A DNA stretch of 63,818 nucleotides, filler included, from Octopus bimaculoides (GCF_001194135.2; 6 parts of 5 records of this genome joined end to end with filler, not necessarily neighbours in it), one strand, 5' to 3'; shown: positions 37,276 through 53,745, numbered from the whole stretch's first letter. Program-made: numbers and translations. The notes: generated from the sequence alone by a model not told the origin.

Positions 37276-37979
37276 ATATACGTATTTGCGTGTATATTAC
37301 TATAGTTTTATAAAGACTATATTAACTGATATGTTGTAGCTGTTCCAAGACGGAAGGGTCCGTATTTGTGTAAATGAAGGACATTTATCAGGTTGCTAAT
37401 GTAGGATGATTAATGACGTCGAATTTCCCCTCGTTGGCCACTGGCAATCACAAATCTGTGGTAATTAGGAGCAGAGAAACTGAAGTTATGACCACGAGCG
37501 ACCGTGCTGGAGAGAATATATCTGAAGAATGTCAAATCATGTTCGGCGGAATAGAACATATGACAATTAGCTGAATATAGTAATTTTTCAAGTTGTATAC
37601 AATTACTTATCCCGGCCTCGCCATCGATGTATGTAACTGACTTGCAGCTATATATATGTTATATTTGTATCAAGAGAAAACGTCGCGACATGTATGTGTC
37701 AAGAATTATTATTAGCTCTCACGTGAACACGCACACACACACACACACACACAATTATTTGTAGGGTTAATTTGAATCGGGGTATTTTAATATTAAGGAC
37801 ACCAAGCGTCTCTCTTGATTGTTACGGAATTGAGAGGGTCAATCCATATTTTTTTCTGACCTAAATTTTAAACTTTTGATTAACTACACATGAGACAATC
37901 GGTTATTTTCATCAATAAAAATGTGTCTGAAACAGCTGTAGTAAACCTTTCACCCATTTGTACTCTCATTTACATATAT

Positions 37980-38012
<33 letters not shown>

Positions 38013-38290
38013 TATACTCACACAGATATATATATACATACAAATACACACAGAGAGACATACACACACACACACACACACTCTTATATATATACTCCTA
38101 ATTACTACGGATTTGTGATTGCCAGTGGCCAACGAGGGGAAACTCGACGTCATTAATCATCCTACAAGTCACCCAGACAAATAAATGTCCTTCATTTACA
38201 TAAATACGAACCCTTGTCTTGCAGGAGCTATGATACATCAGTTAAAATTGACTTTATAAAACTATAAAACTATACGCAAATACGTTTATA
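37276..38290. repeat. ~1-kb fold-back element with ~195-bp inverted arms
   Basis: 37401-37471 versus 38095-38165 shows 3 mismatches in 71 bp. Homology continues outward, more diverged, to ~37276 and ~38290. Confidence 0.88.
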
Positions 38291-38473
38291 CATAAGCACA
38301 CACACACACACGCGTGCACGCACACACATACACACACACTCATATATATATACACACATACATATATGTATGCACGCCCAGAAACACGCATTTATATATA
38401 ACGTTGACCACTAACGTGGACATTTAATGTGCTAGAAATAAATCACATCTTGTTTTTACCCTATGTTTTAATT

Positions 38474-38517
<44 letters not shown>

Positions 38518-38909
38518 CACATGAGAGAAACAGAAAATGGAATTAACGAGCTTCTTTATTAATTACAACCATCGTTTCAACCCATTTCTTATCGTTCCCT
38601 CGTGGGTGAGATACTATACAACCAGTTATGTTGTATCCTTCGGTGCAAGTGAATCGCGTAAGGTGACTCTTCAAAAGGTACCGTCCTCGGTTTCGCTTGA
38701 TTCGATTATGCATCATGTCGTTATTTGCCTGTAGCCTATTTTCCAACAAATTTCGTGGATTCTATGAAAACCACAAAGCCTATTGGCAACCACATATTTT
38801 CAGCCAATAGTGGGTGTCAGTGTAATATAACAGTACTCTATACAGATAACTATAGAGGATTGCGATGAGTTTAGTGATCCGTTTTCACAAAGCTTTATAT
38901 ATTTCCGTA

Positions 38910-38960
<51 letters not shown>

Positions 38961-38977
38961 NNNNNNNNNNNNNNNNN

Positions 38978-39015
<38 letters not shown>

Positions 39016-39456
39016 CATGCATTTTTAAAATTTATTTATTCATATAGCCACGGTACCAAAACTATTTGCCTCTCTAAAATTCTTCGTTTTATTTTCCGCA
39101 CACCAAAGCTTCATTTAACTTCACGATTCTGTCATCTTTAATTCTCTTTAACACTAATTCTTTTCAACACATTTGTTTTTTTCATTCTACCAATTTTCAA
39201 AAGTAAACTTTCTAGACAACTCTTCGGAATCTTATTTATTTATTATTTATTTCGTTTTCTTATACGTATATTTATTTATTTTTTTGCCAGATATTTTCAT
39301 TAAAGTGATATTAATGAAGACAGTGTCGCTTCAACCACATTGCCACCAGTTCAAGTTATTCACTAACAATGAGTTATACGAGAATCTCCGATGACATTGT
39401 CGAAGAAAGAATCTGTGGAGTTTTTTCGATGGTTTTTCAATCTATTTCTGCTGTTA

Positions 39457-39563
39457 TGGTTGTGTGGTTAAAAAGCTCGCATGTCGCTTTGTTTCAGTCC
39501 TGCTGCACGGAACCTTGGGCAAGTGACTTCTACCACAGCACCGCACCGACCAGTGACTTGTGA
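39457..39563 (+). mobile_element. SINE family B head fragment
   Basis: TGGTTGTGTGGTTAAAAAGCTCGC...GTTTCAGTCCTGCTGC...ACCTTGGGCAAGTGACTTCTAC. Confidence 0.65.
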
Positions 39564-40186
39564 TTTAATATATATATATACACACATAGTTGGAATTTAC
39601 ACAAAGAAAAAAAAACAAAAAACAATAGATGAAGACTGGTGTGTAAACAACAAACAGATGTATTAGTTTAACGCTCGGGAAGTGAGAATGTCTTTTATGT
39701 TTCGAGCTTACGCTCTTCGACAGAAAGGAAGACATAAATAAGCCGGGAGAGAAAATAAAAAGGTTTAGTGGCTTGTGATCAATCATGGCGAAATATATAT
39801 GTATATATATATATATGTATATAAATTTATTTCATATTATATCGAATTCAAAATAATCACTGTAGTGTTCTATCAAAATGCTGGAGCTGTCAAATTTTCA
39901 AAGTTGATGAAGAATTTTTATCACTTGAATGGCAATGGTTTCATACATTAATATAGATGAATATTTGTTTTAGAAACCGCTAAGAAATTGTTTTATTCCA
40001 AGTAAATCGCTTATATTAGCTATATATGCAACGAAACCATCCAATAATTATTAATAAATTATGTATCTGCACCAGCTACCTGCTTCGTATAATTGTAGGG
40101 TAGAGAATCAATGTGTGCGCGCTCGGTGCATGTACATGGATGCATGTGTAGGCGCTTATATACGTGCATACATACATAATACATAC

Positions 40187-40245
<59 letters not shown>

Positions 40246-40931
40246 NNNNNNNNNNNNNNNNNNNNNNNNNNNNNNNNNNNNNNNNNNNNNNNNNNNNNNN
40301 NNNNNNNNNNNNNNNNNNNNNNNNNNNNNNNNNNNNNNNNNNNNNNNNNNNNNNNNNNNNNNNNNNNNNNNNNNNNNNNNNNNNNNNNNNNNNNNNNNNN
40401 NNNNNNNNNNNNNNNNNNNNNNNNNNNNNNNNNNNNNNNNNNNNNNNNNNNNNNNNNNNNNNNNNNNNNNNNNNNNNNNNNNNNNNNNNNNNNNNNNNNN
40501 NNNNNNNNNNNNNNNNNNNNNNNNNNNNNNNNNNNNNNNNNNNNNNNNNNNNNNNNNNNNNNNNNNNNNNNNNNNNNNNNNNNNNNNNNNNNNNNNNNNN
40601 NNNNNNNNNNNNNNNNNNNNNNNNNNNNNNNNNNNNNNNNNNNNNNNNNNNNNNNNNNNNNNNNNNNNNNNNNNNNNNNNNNNNNNNNNNNNNNNNNNNN
40701 NNNNNNNNNNNNNNNNNNNNNNNNNNNNNNNNNNNNNNNNNNNNNNNNNNNNNNNNNNNNNNNNNNNNNNNNNNNNNNNNNNNNNNNNNNNNNNNNNNNN
40801 NNNNNNNNNNNNNNNNNNNNNNNNNNNNNNNNNNNNNNNNNNNNNNNNNNNNNNNNNNNNNNNNNNNNNNNNNNNNNNNNNNNNNNNNNNNNNNNNNNNN
40901 NNNNNNNNNNNNNNNNNNNNNNNNNNNNNNN

Positions 40932-40962
<31 letters not shown>

Positions 40963-40963
<1 letters not shown>

Positions 40964-41169
40964 GAAGGAGTTTTTAAAATGTTCCTAGCTTTGGCTAAAA
41001 GAAAATACAGCAATACCAGTTAATTATGATTTTATTCAACATATTTCCCTTTCAGATTCACACACTTCTTGCGGTAGACCTTCTTTTTTACGAAGATCTC
41101 GGAAGGTTGGGCCTCCAACCAGACCTTTGACGATATCCTTAAAGCCAGTAATATTCCAGGGCCTTTTCG
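40963..41169. mobile_element. Mariner-derived MITE (~207 bp)
   Basis: TA|CGAAGGAGTTTTTAAAATGTTCCTAGCTTT ... AAAGCCAGTAATATTCCAGGGCCTTTTCG|TA; imperfect TIRs with TA flanks. Confidence 0.7.
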
Positions 41170-42248
41170 TATACACATATGATTTATTTATTAGGATTCT
41201 AAGACTCCAGTAGTAGGATTCTAAGGCTCTGTAGTACGCCAGAAACAGTTTGGTAAAACGATATAGAACTCAAGGAACTGAAACAACATCGAAGTCATCA
41301 CGTGTTGGCAGGATATTCTAGATATGCAAGTACCAAATCCAATTTATGAGCAATTGAGCCGACTCACCCGCGGAAACTTACTGTGGCGTAGGTATAAAGA
41401 GAAATAAGCACAAATTGCTCGTATTTATTTATATGTATGTAGGTATTAGTTGTCAAGCAGTCGGGGACATTTTCAAGAATATCGTAGTATATTTATGTAG
41501 AATATAGTATAGTTACTTAGTGGTTTTTGAGAACCTTAAATCGATAAGTACGGTGATATCTAAGCAGCATAGAAGAGGTTTAATAAGGTTGAAATATGAA
41601 CGGAATTGTCTTTCATACTTGCTGGTATAATTAAGAAAAATAGTTACTGATTAATCTCGTATTTTCTTCCCCACAGAACAGGTTTTAATTACGTGTCACT
41701 GCATTAGATATTTCAGAACTAAATAAATATATTTGAAAGTTCAGCTAACAGGACGCAAAACGTGTTGCAAGTACGTCATTCATCGTTTCAAAGTTTATTG
41801 CCATCTCAATTTTCAAACAGAGAGGCACATATACTTACATCTGTAGCTACATAGACATATCTCCACATTCATACACAAAAAATATACACAGAAATGATAG
41901 TTGCATGCACAAACATATGCATTTATCCATGTGTCGCGTATGTGTGTGTGTGTGTGTGAGTGTGTGTGGTGTACGTGTATTGATACGAATGTGCATGTGG
42001 CTGACGTATTTTCGTGTATGCATGTTTGTATATATATATANNNNNNNNNNNNNNNNNNNNNNNNNNNNNNNNNNNNNNNNNNNNNNNNNNNNNNNNNNNN
42101 NNNNNNNNNNNNNNNNNNNNNNNNNNNNNNNNNNNNNNNNNNNNNNNNNNNNNNNNNNNNNNNNNATATATATGTTTTTCTATATATATATATATATTAC
42201 ATATACATATATATATTTGTATATGTATATATATTTACACATATATAG

Positions 42249-42302
<54 letters not shown>

Positions 42303-42488
42303 TGAAAACAAATATATCAAGAGAGCTTCCATATTGAAAGGGAAATTTCAAATGTAAATAAAATAAATTGAACCAAGTCCTTCCCTATTCAACAACGATT
42401 ATCGAAGATTTATTTACTGTCTAAATGCTAAACATACATACCTCCACACACGTGCTCTCACACACGCGTGCACTCACACACGCGTGCA

Positions 42489-42522
<34 letters not shown>

Positions 42523-45095
42523 TACGTACATGTACATACATATGTGGTTCCATAAAGCGGAGTTTTTGTTTGATGTTGCAACCATCCCTATCTGTATTTG
42601 CAGTGGCATGTCGATAATCTCAGATCTGAAATTGTAACGTCTTTTAAGCAGCTTGTGTTTCATAGTCGATGGCGTGGTCGTTGTAGTCATCATGATCATC
42701 ATCATCATAATTCCCCCTCCACCTCATCNNNNNNNNNNNNNNNNNNNNNNNNNNNNNNNNNNNNNNNNNNNNNNNNNNNNNNNNNNNNNNNNNNNNNNNN
42801 NNNNNNNNNNNNNNNNNNNNNNNNNNNNNNNNNNNNNNNNNNNNNNNNNNNNNNNNNNNNNNNNNNNNNNNNNNNNNNNNNNNNNNNNNNNNNNNNNNNN
42901 NNNNNNNNNNNNNNNNNNNNNNNNNNNNNNNNNNNNNNNNNNNNNNNNNNNNNNNNNNNNNNNNNNNNNNNNNNNNNNNNNNNNNNNNNNNNNNNNNNNN
43001 NNNNNNNNNNNNNNNNNNNNNNNNNNNNNNNNNNNNNNNNNNNNNNNNNNNNNNNNNNNNNNNNNNNNNNNNNNNNNNNNNNNNNNNNNNNNNNNNNNNN
43101 NNNNNNNNNNNNNNNNNNNNNNNNNNNNNNNNNNNNNNNNNNNNNNNNNNNNNNNNNNNNNNNNNNNNNNNNNNNNNNNNNNNNNNNNNNNNNNNNNNNN
43201 NNNNNNNNNNNNNNNNNNNNNNNNNNNNNNNNNNNNNNNNNNNNNNNNNNNNNNNNNNNNNNNNNNNNNNNNNNNNNNNNNNNNNNNNNNNNNNNNNNNN
43301 NNNNNNNNNNNNNNNNNNNNNNNNNNNNNNNNNNNNNNNNNNNNNNNNNNNNNNNNNNNNNNNNNNNNNNNNNNNNNNNNNNNNNNNNNNNNNNNNNNNN
43401 NNNNNNNNNNNNNNNNNNNNNNNNNNNNNNNNNNNNNNNNNNNNNNNNNNNNNNNNNNNNNNNNNNNNNNNNNNNNNNNNNNNNNNNNNNNNNNNNNNNN
43501 NNNNNNNNNNNNNNNNNNNNNNNNNNNNNNNNNNNNNNNNNNNNNNNNNNNNNNNNNNNNNNNNNNNNNNNNNNNNNNNNNNNNNNNNNNNNNNNNNNNN
43601 NNNNNNNNNNNNNNNNNNNNNNNNNNNNNNNNNNNNNNNNNNNNNNNNNNNNNNNNNNNNNNNNNNNNNNTATATATATGTATATATATATACATATATA
43701 TATTTGCATATATATATGTGTGTGTGTGTGTGTGCATGTATGTATCCCTTTCTATTTTTCTGTTAACCTTTACTCACCAATATGTAACTCCTCTCTCCCT
43801 AACCTTCACCCGATCCAACCCGAGCCGTCTCTTCAGTTGCAGTGGTGCATCAAAGGCCTACATATGGCGGGGGCCCCCATTAATTGAAACGTGAGAAAGA
43901 AGCTGTCACTTTAACTCCGCGAACTCTATATCAGGAAATATGCTGTGTGTGTGTCGATGTACGTTCGTACGTATATGTATCTGTGTGCGTGCGAATATAT
44001 ATGTATATATATATGTGTGTGTGTGTGTGTGGGGGGGGGTATATATATCTACTGCAGCATTTATTAGCTCTATAGAAACTTGTTTCTACAACAACCGATG
44101 TGAAAAGTATTAAGCGGTGTGTTATGGTATCAATGTTAGATTTTAAAAGGGATCTTTAGTGGATTATCCATGGAAAAATATCGAACGTTCAGAAATAGTG
44201 AGGTTGATATTGGTTATAATAGTGATGTTGCTGTTGATACTGGGTTTGGTAGCAGATACTGAAGTCGGTGGCNNNNNNNNNNNNNNNNNNNNNNNNNNNN
44301 NNNNNNNNNNNNNNNNNNNNNNNNNNNNNNNNNNNNNNNNNNNNNNNNNNNNNNNNNNNNNNNNNNNNNNNNNNNNNNNNNNNNNNNNNNNNNNNNNNNN
44401 NNNNNNNNNNNNNNNNNNNNNNNNNNNNNNNNNNNNNNNNNNNATATATGTATATGTATATGTATATGTATATATATGTATGTGGGTATGTATGGATTTT
44501 TGAATACAAATATTTAGAATGGTGTAGATTATAAAGATAAAGATGAAAAAGCAAACAGTGATGAAGAAGAGGGTAAAAATGCGCGAAATATCAAGGCAAA
44601 AAATGAACAAAAAATGCAACGAAGGAATGAAAAACTTAGTGGAAAAAGAAAAGACGAAATAAAGGAAAGATATGAAGAAAGTAAAGAGGAAAAAATATAA
44701 ATGAAAGATAAAAAAGAAAAATGTAAGAAATGACAGTAAAAAAATGGTACCATAAAAGTGGGAGAAATTTCCCAAACGTTTCTGATTTGAGTGACTTTAT
44801 GATGAAAAATATGAGAAAAGAAAAGGGTAGAGATGTTAATGCCGATATAAGTGGTTTTGGTAATGTCGAATCGGTAGAATGCTAGACACTAATGTCCTGC
44901 TAGACTTAGCTTTAGTTATTAATCCGGGGTCAAATCCCAGGTGAATTGATAATGGCGACTGTTTTCTTTCATAATTTCGTACTTTATGTTATGTAACTAT
45001 GTTGAATGTTGTACTAAGTTTAATCTATAGTTGCCTTAACTGTTTCTGATGTATAAATGTGTGCATACATACAATGCATAGTACACACAGACACA

Positions 45096-45136
<41 letters not shown>

Positions 45137-45301
45137 ATTTAAATGCACACATGTCAGAATATCTTTTTAAAATACTTTTAAGAACAACCCCGGAAGAAAT
45201 TCACCGTCTATTCAAGCTAATCGGCGAAATTTGATTGCCCGCCAACACACATACATACATACATACATACATACATACACACACACATACATACATACAT
45301 A

Positions 45302-45337
<36 letters not shown>

Positions 45338-45549
45338 TCATATGCATATACATCCACATGTATGAAAGTGTATGTGTGTGTGTGTGTGTGTATAGTTGCT
45401 GGTTAAGAGTTTACCATTGATTTTGCCTTTATAAAGTTCTTAGCGGTATAGCTGACTTTTCATACTCGTTGCCCGGAAGCACAGAATCTCCATGTGACCT
45501 GAGGTGTTAAAACAAGTGTTGATTGTGAAAAAAATCCCGAAACGAAATT

Positions 45550-45910
45550 CATGGTTTTGGGTCCAGTGGCACATTGGGCGAGTGTATCCTGTTATAGGCT
45601 CGGGCCGACCAAAACCTTTTCAATGCATTTGGTAGACGGAAACAGAAAAGAAGCCTCTCGCACACACACATACACAGACACAAATATATATATATGTATG
45701 CGTGTGTGTGTCTATGCTTGTCCCCCCACCATCACTTGACAACCGATGCTGGTGTGATTACGTCCCCGTAACTTAGAAGTTCGGCCTAAGAGATAGAATA
45801 AGTAGTAGTCTTACATAGAATAAGTTCTGGAGTCGATTTGTTCAACTAAATGCTCCAGCATGTCCGTAGTCATGTGACTGAAACAAAAAAAGTAAAAGAG
45901 CAAAAGAGTA
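45550..45910 (+). mobile_element. SINE family B copy
   Basis: GGCTCGGGCCGACCAAAACC...TTTGGTAGACGGAAAC...CTTGACAACCGATGCTGGTG...TGACTGAAACAAAAAAAGTAAAAGAG. Confidence 0.88.
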
Positions 45911-46424
45911 CACTGATGTATAACACACACGTGCGTGCGTGCAGCATCCATACTGTGTGCATCAATTAAAGATGCAGAGACAATAATGCTTAACACTGGG
46001 CTGCAAATGATGAGGATCTCCCGCAAAATATAATACTATATAATGGTCTCAAGTACGGGTGCATAACTTTAAATATTCTTTTGGCTAAGAGCGAAGCAAA
46101 TTTAACAACAGCCAGTGGTTTGAACTCCGAACGCGAAGAGACAAAACGAATAACAAAAGTCATTTGTTTCCAACGCTCCGCCAATTCTAGCTTTTCGGCG
46201 CCTTTTATATCATATAGTATAATATCACCCCCGTGCGAAAACACGAATATGTGCAGATATACATATTCATACACACGTATACATATATACACACATATAA
46301 ATACATACATACTTGTAGATACACACACATACGCACAAACACATATGTGTATAAATGTGTGTATGTGTATACATAGATACATACACCTTTCCACTTACCG
46401 AAACACACATGCACACAAATATAT

Positions 46425-46504
<80 letters not shown>

Positions 46505-47793
46505 NNNNNNNNNNNNNNNNNNNNNNNNNNNNNNNNNNNNNNNNNNNNNNNNNNNNNNNNNNNNNNNNNNNNNNNNNNNNNNNNNNNNNNNNNNNNNNNN
46601 NNNNNNNNNNNNNNNNNNNNNNNNNNNNNNNNNNNNNNNNNNNNNNNNNNNNNNNNNNNNNNNNNNNNNNNNNNNNNNNNNNNNNNNNNNNNNNNNNNNN
46701 NNNNNNNNNNNNNNNNNNNNNNNNNNNNNNNNNNNNNNNNNNNNNNNNNNNNNNNNNNNNNNNNNNNNNNNNNNNNNNNNNNNNNNNNNNNNNNNNNNNN
46801 NNNNNNNNNNNNNNNNNNNNNNNNNNNNNNNNNNNNNNNNNNNNNNNNNNNNNNNNNNNNNNNNNNNNNNNNNNNNNNNNNNNNNNNNNNNNNNNNNNNN
46901 NNNNNNNNNNNNNNNNNNNNNNNNNNNNNNNNNNNNNNNNNNNNNNNNNNNNNNNNNNNNNNNNNNNNNNNNNNNNNNNNNNNNNNNNNNNNNNNNNNNN
47001 NNNNNNNNNNNNATATATATATATATATATATATATATACGAACAAGCAGACATCCGATACTCACATACACACGTGCATATATGCATACGTATGTACATA
47101 CGTACGTACTTACATACATGCACGCACGCACACACACAAACATAAACACGAATATATATGTGTGTATTTATTTATATGCTGACACGTAGCGTTTCAAAGT
47201 GAGCATTAGCCAAAATTAAATCACTGTAGCCCAATCCAACCCACCACTACCACCACCACCAGTATATTCCACCGGGTCAAATATTGCCAGGAAATTCTAT
47301 GGATATTTGTCTTATTCCTAAGAACAAATCATACATAAATGTACGGATGCATGCACACGCACCTACACATATGTGAGTGTGTATATAAGTACGGGTGTGT
47401 GTGTGTATATATATGTATGTATATATATGTATATGAATATCATATATGTATATACATGTACATGTTTGTGTGTGAGTGTGTCTATGTGTGTATTTAAATT
47501 GGTATACGTACATATGCATAAATATATATTTGGTGATATATACACACACACATATCACCAAATATATACACACACATACATATATACACAAATATATACA
47601 CACGTATATACACACACACATATACGTGTGTGTGTGGATGTATGTGTGTGTGTATCATTTAGCTATGCGGGTGTCGATTTTTCAAATTAAATAGGCGAGA
47701 GGGTGATGGTGGAGTAGGTTTTGGTGCTGGAAAGTTTAGTTAAAGCCGATGAACATTTATTTAAGTAATTTGAGAGAGAGAAAAGAAGGACAC

Positions 47794-47846
<53 letters not shown>

Positions 47847-48588
47847 CAAACACATGTATACGCGCGCGATCGCGTGTGTGTGTGTGTTTGTATGAGAAGT
47901 GAGGCAAAGAATCACGAAATTCAACTCTGTGATGTAATCAGTAAAATGGTCGTCGAGAAATCGAATGAGACGTGATTCGGATTCTATGAATGGCGTTGTT
48001 GTTTTTTACGACTTCTATTTCAAATATTTAAGTTTATGAAGACGTTCATGTTTAGCACTCACTCACACACATGCGCACGTGCACACATAGACATTCACAC
48101 ATACAAACACTCACACACACACACATACATACATACACTCGCGCTTACATATAGACACATGAGCATTTATAGAATATATACCTTTATATTTATTACGAAA
48201 GTGTTTCTTTTGTGCGAAACTTTTAATGGAGAACTGAATAAATTTGAAAATCTCATGTTTAGAGCAATACAAAAATGAGAAATTGCTCGGTAGAGGACAT
48301 CTGCTCCCAGCAGGTTAGATATCAGGTATTTCTATCTAAGATCTACGGGTGTACTTTTGTATATTGTGAGACCCCGGTCCCTTGCAGGGAAACTAATAAT
48401 AAGTCTTTATTCCTCAATGCGCCCTACATCTTGTCTCTCTTTCGGAGCCATACACCATTTTGAGTCCTGTGTCATCTGCCATTTCAGTCTTTGTTCACTT
48501 AGGGGTGACTTCCCCTTAAATTTTTCTCCACCCGAGATTGCTAATACCTTCTACTTGGTTTGCTCCCTAGCTCAAGTTTTGGACCCTG

Positions 48589-49140
48589 GGTTCTTGGCGA
48601 ATCCATCTGTATATACAATTCATCTACAACAGTTTATCTACCGATAAAACTAGAGAGAGATACAGAGAGAGAGAGCTATTAGCATTAAACGAACACTTAT
48701 AAACTTATTTTTCTTAATGTCCAACGTACCACTCCATGACAATTTGTTTTTACTAAAGAGAACAATATGTATAAATAACAGCACCTCTCAATTTGAAAAT
48801 TCTCAGCATTTGTTCGAGGCTTTGTCGTAATTCCAAGAGGAAACTGGTAAAGATTTCAGTGCTCTGAAGCCCTTACAATAGTTCTTTAATATATAGAAAC
48901 AGAGAAACGACGAAAAAAATTAGTTCATGGTGGTTATTTATTCTATAAAAATAGAGAGAATGGAGCCAAGACTTAATAGAAGTGTGATAAACATCACAAA
49001 TATAAATACTATGCTCGTGTAACTACATAAGCGGAAGAAATAACTAGTCTTGTAAATGAACAGTCATAACCGTGTAGAAGAATTGTATCCGTAGATGAAT
49101 TGATGTAGACAAATTGTTGTAGACGAATTCGCCGGATACC
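48589..49140. mobile_element. Mutator/fold-back-type MITE with modular TIRs and 9-bp TSD
   Basis: Left TIR GGTTCTTGGCGAATCCATCT...CAATTCATCTACAAC; right TIR (reverse complement) GGTATCCGGCGAATTCGTCTACAACAATTTGTCTAC. Flanks are TGGACCCTG (48580-48588) and TGGACCGTG (49141-49149). Confidence 0.78.
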
Positions 49141-50024
49141 TGGACCGTGGTATGGCCCTTGTGGTATGGTCTCGATATCAGTTTCTGGGAGCTGCGTAGT
49201 GATCGAAAGCTGTTTGGTAGTCAATGAAGATGTGCGATGACAATTTTCCGAAAGATATTACTCCTTACGCACCACACAAAACACCACATAAATGATAAAT
49301 AAGAGCAGCTAAAATGCAGAGAGGTTTGAACGTATGACCAAACCCTATACTGAAATAAATATGCTATATATTTTTACATTCCTCGGGTACGATCGCCCTT
49401 CTGTGTGTCAGAGGCTCATTAAATTATAGAAATTTGCTGCTTCGTAGTTCGTATATAAATCATAACACGTCCATTATTTTACGAACGCGGGGTTGCTAAA
49501 ACACATTCTTGTCTCGAAAAGGCAACGGAATATATTAGATAGCTGTTTCGATACGCAGATAGGTTATGTTTTGAAATGCATCTCCCTTTTGGCTGTATCT
49601 ATATATCATCTTTTCATTTCATTCTATTTTCGTCAGATACACATTCTTACCATACCTTTATATAAGTTTAAATTATATACGTCTAACATTTATAGCGAAA
49701 TGCAGCGCGTTTTTAGAAGTGATGAGATGCCTATTGAAAAGGAAAATATATGTTATCTTGATATGCTGCTGCCAGTTTTGTATGAGGTTTATTCATTTAT
49801 ATCTTCTGCAATGTGGCAGTTTGGAAGGAAAGCAGTATCTAGTTCCAAATACATAATGCGTTCGATTCGCCTACTAGGTCTCATTAATTAGAGTTTATGT
49901 TATGTCTCAAGCTACTGCTATCTAGCACCTTCGGATGATTTCTACTCAACCTCTACACAACTGCTACTCGACTGCTACTCAACACTCCTACCAGACTACC
50001 TCTACTTATATGTCTTGGGAGATC

Positions 50025-50108
50025 CTAAATCCTGGGGTCGATTTCTTCGACTAAAAGGTGGTGCTCCAGCATGGCCACAGTCAAAATTGCTGAAACAAGT
50101 AAAAGAGT
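50025..50108 (+). mobile_element. SINE family B 3' tail fragment
   Basis: CCTGGGGTCGATTTCTTCGACTAAAAGGTGGTGCTCCAGCATGGCC...GAAACAAGTAAAAGAGT. Confidence 0.85.
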
Positions 50109-51108
50109 ATATATATATATGTATATATANNNNNNNNNNNNNNNNNNNNNNNNNNNNNNNNNNNNNNNNNNNNNNNNNNNNNNNNNNNNNNNNNNNNNNN
50201 NNNNNNNNNNNNNNNNNNNNNNNNNNNNNNNNNNNNNNNNNATATATATATATATATATATATATACATACATACACATAAATATACATACAACTACGTC
50301 ATTAAAGTTTAATATTATTTGCGAGCTAATGAGATGAATCCCTAAACTTCGGAATCTAACCTTATGTCCCGGAGTAAGGTTACTATATGCGTATCTGCAT
50401 TGTGTCATATATGTAAAATTCTTCGTTCCTTTTCAATTCACACTTACGTTGGTGTTATGTCAAATTTTTAATTATATATTAAAAACATTTATTGAAAAAT
50501 ACTGGGTTTTTAGATGAGTCGTGATGTACACTGAAGTATATGAATAGTTATTGCTCTTCGCTCATTCTGTATATACATATGTATGTGTATAGTATACATA
50601 GACTACAGAAATACACGCTCGCATCTATGGAAAACTTACCTAAAACGTGAACAGTTAAGATTTCGTGTGTGTGTGTGTGTGTATGTGTGTGTATGTGTGT
50701 GTGTGTGTGTGTGTGTGTACATGTATAAGTAAATATTCATACGCATAAGCTCACATGTGTAGACGTAGTCTCATCTATGAACATAATATACACCAGACAA
50801 CGAGGGGCTCCTTTACACAGTCGCTCGATCTGTTGTAAATAGCAAACCAATGGAGTTGAAGGTGAAGACAGGAGAACTAGGAAAAAAGGATAGGAAAAAG
50901 AAAGAGGAATGAATGGGAATCGAAAGGAAAGAAGAAGGAGAAGAAGAAGAAGAAGAAGAAGAAGAAGAAGAAGAAGAAGAAGAAGAAGAAGAAGAAGAAG
51001 AAGAAGAANNNNNNNNNNNNNNNNNNNNNNNNNNNNNNNNNNNNNNNNNNNNTTAATTAATTAANNNNNNNNNNNNNNNNNNNNNNNNNNNNNNNNNNNN
51101 NNNNNNNN

Positions 51109-53600
<2,492 letters not shown>

Positions 53601-53745
53601 TATCGAAAAGTACTTTAGAAATGAGAACCTAGGTTCGAAATTTTCCCAAGACACCTGATGAAGTCTGGAGGATATATCAGCCGAAACGTTGTGTTAACAA
53701 CTAACAAGATGAGGACAAATATCTGTCAAATGTAAATAATATAAA
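53601..53745 (+). mobile_element. Penelope-like terminal repeat fragment (same family as 59985-60150)
   Basis: ATCGAAAAGTACTTTAGAAATGAGAACCTAGGTTCGAAA...GATGAGGACAAATATCTGTCAAATGTAAATAAT aligns to the reverse complement of 59985-60125. Confidence 0.85.
53650..53695 (+). ncRNA. Minimal type I hammerhead ribozyme motif
   Basis: GACAC-CTGATGA-A-GTCTG-GAGGATATAT-CAGCC-GAAA-CG-TT-GTGTT. Intact core, stem I GACAC/GTGTT, stem II with one mismatch, palindromic ACGT in place of helix III. Confidence 0.75.

Noticed and set aside
44480-44775. Lys/Glu-rich plus-strand and Phe-rich minus-strand frames
   Set aside because: Purine-rich low-complexity sequence with stops; no coding evidence.
49493-49891. 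Longest non-repeat ORF (132 aa, TTG start) with an internal acceptor-like site
   Set aside because: AT-rich codon usage typical of random ORFs, no good donor and no recognisable domain.
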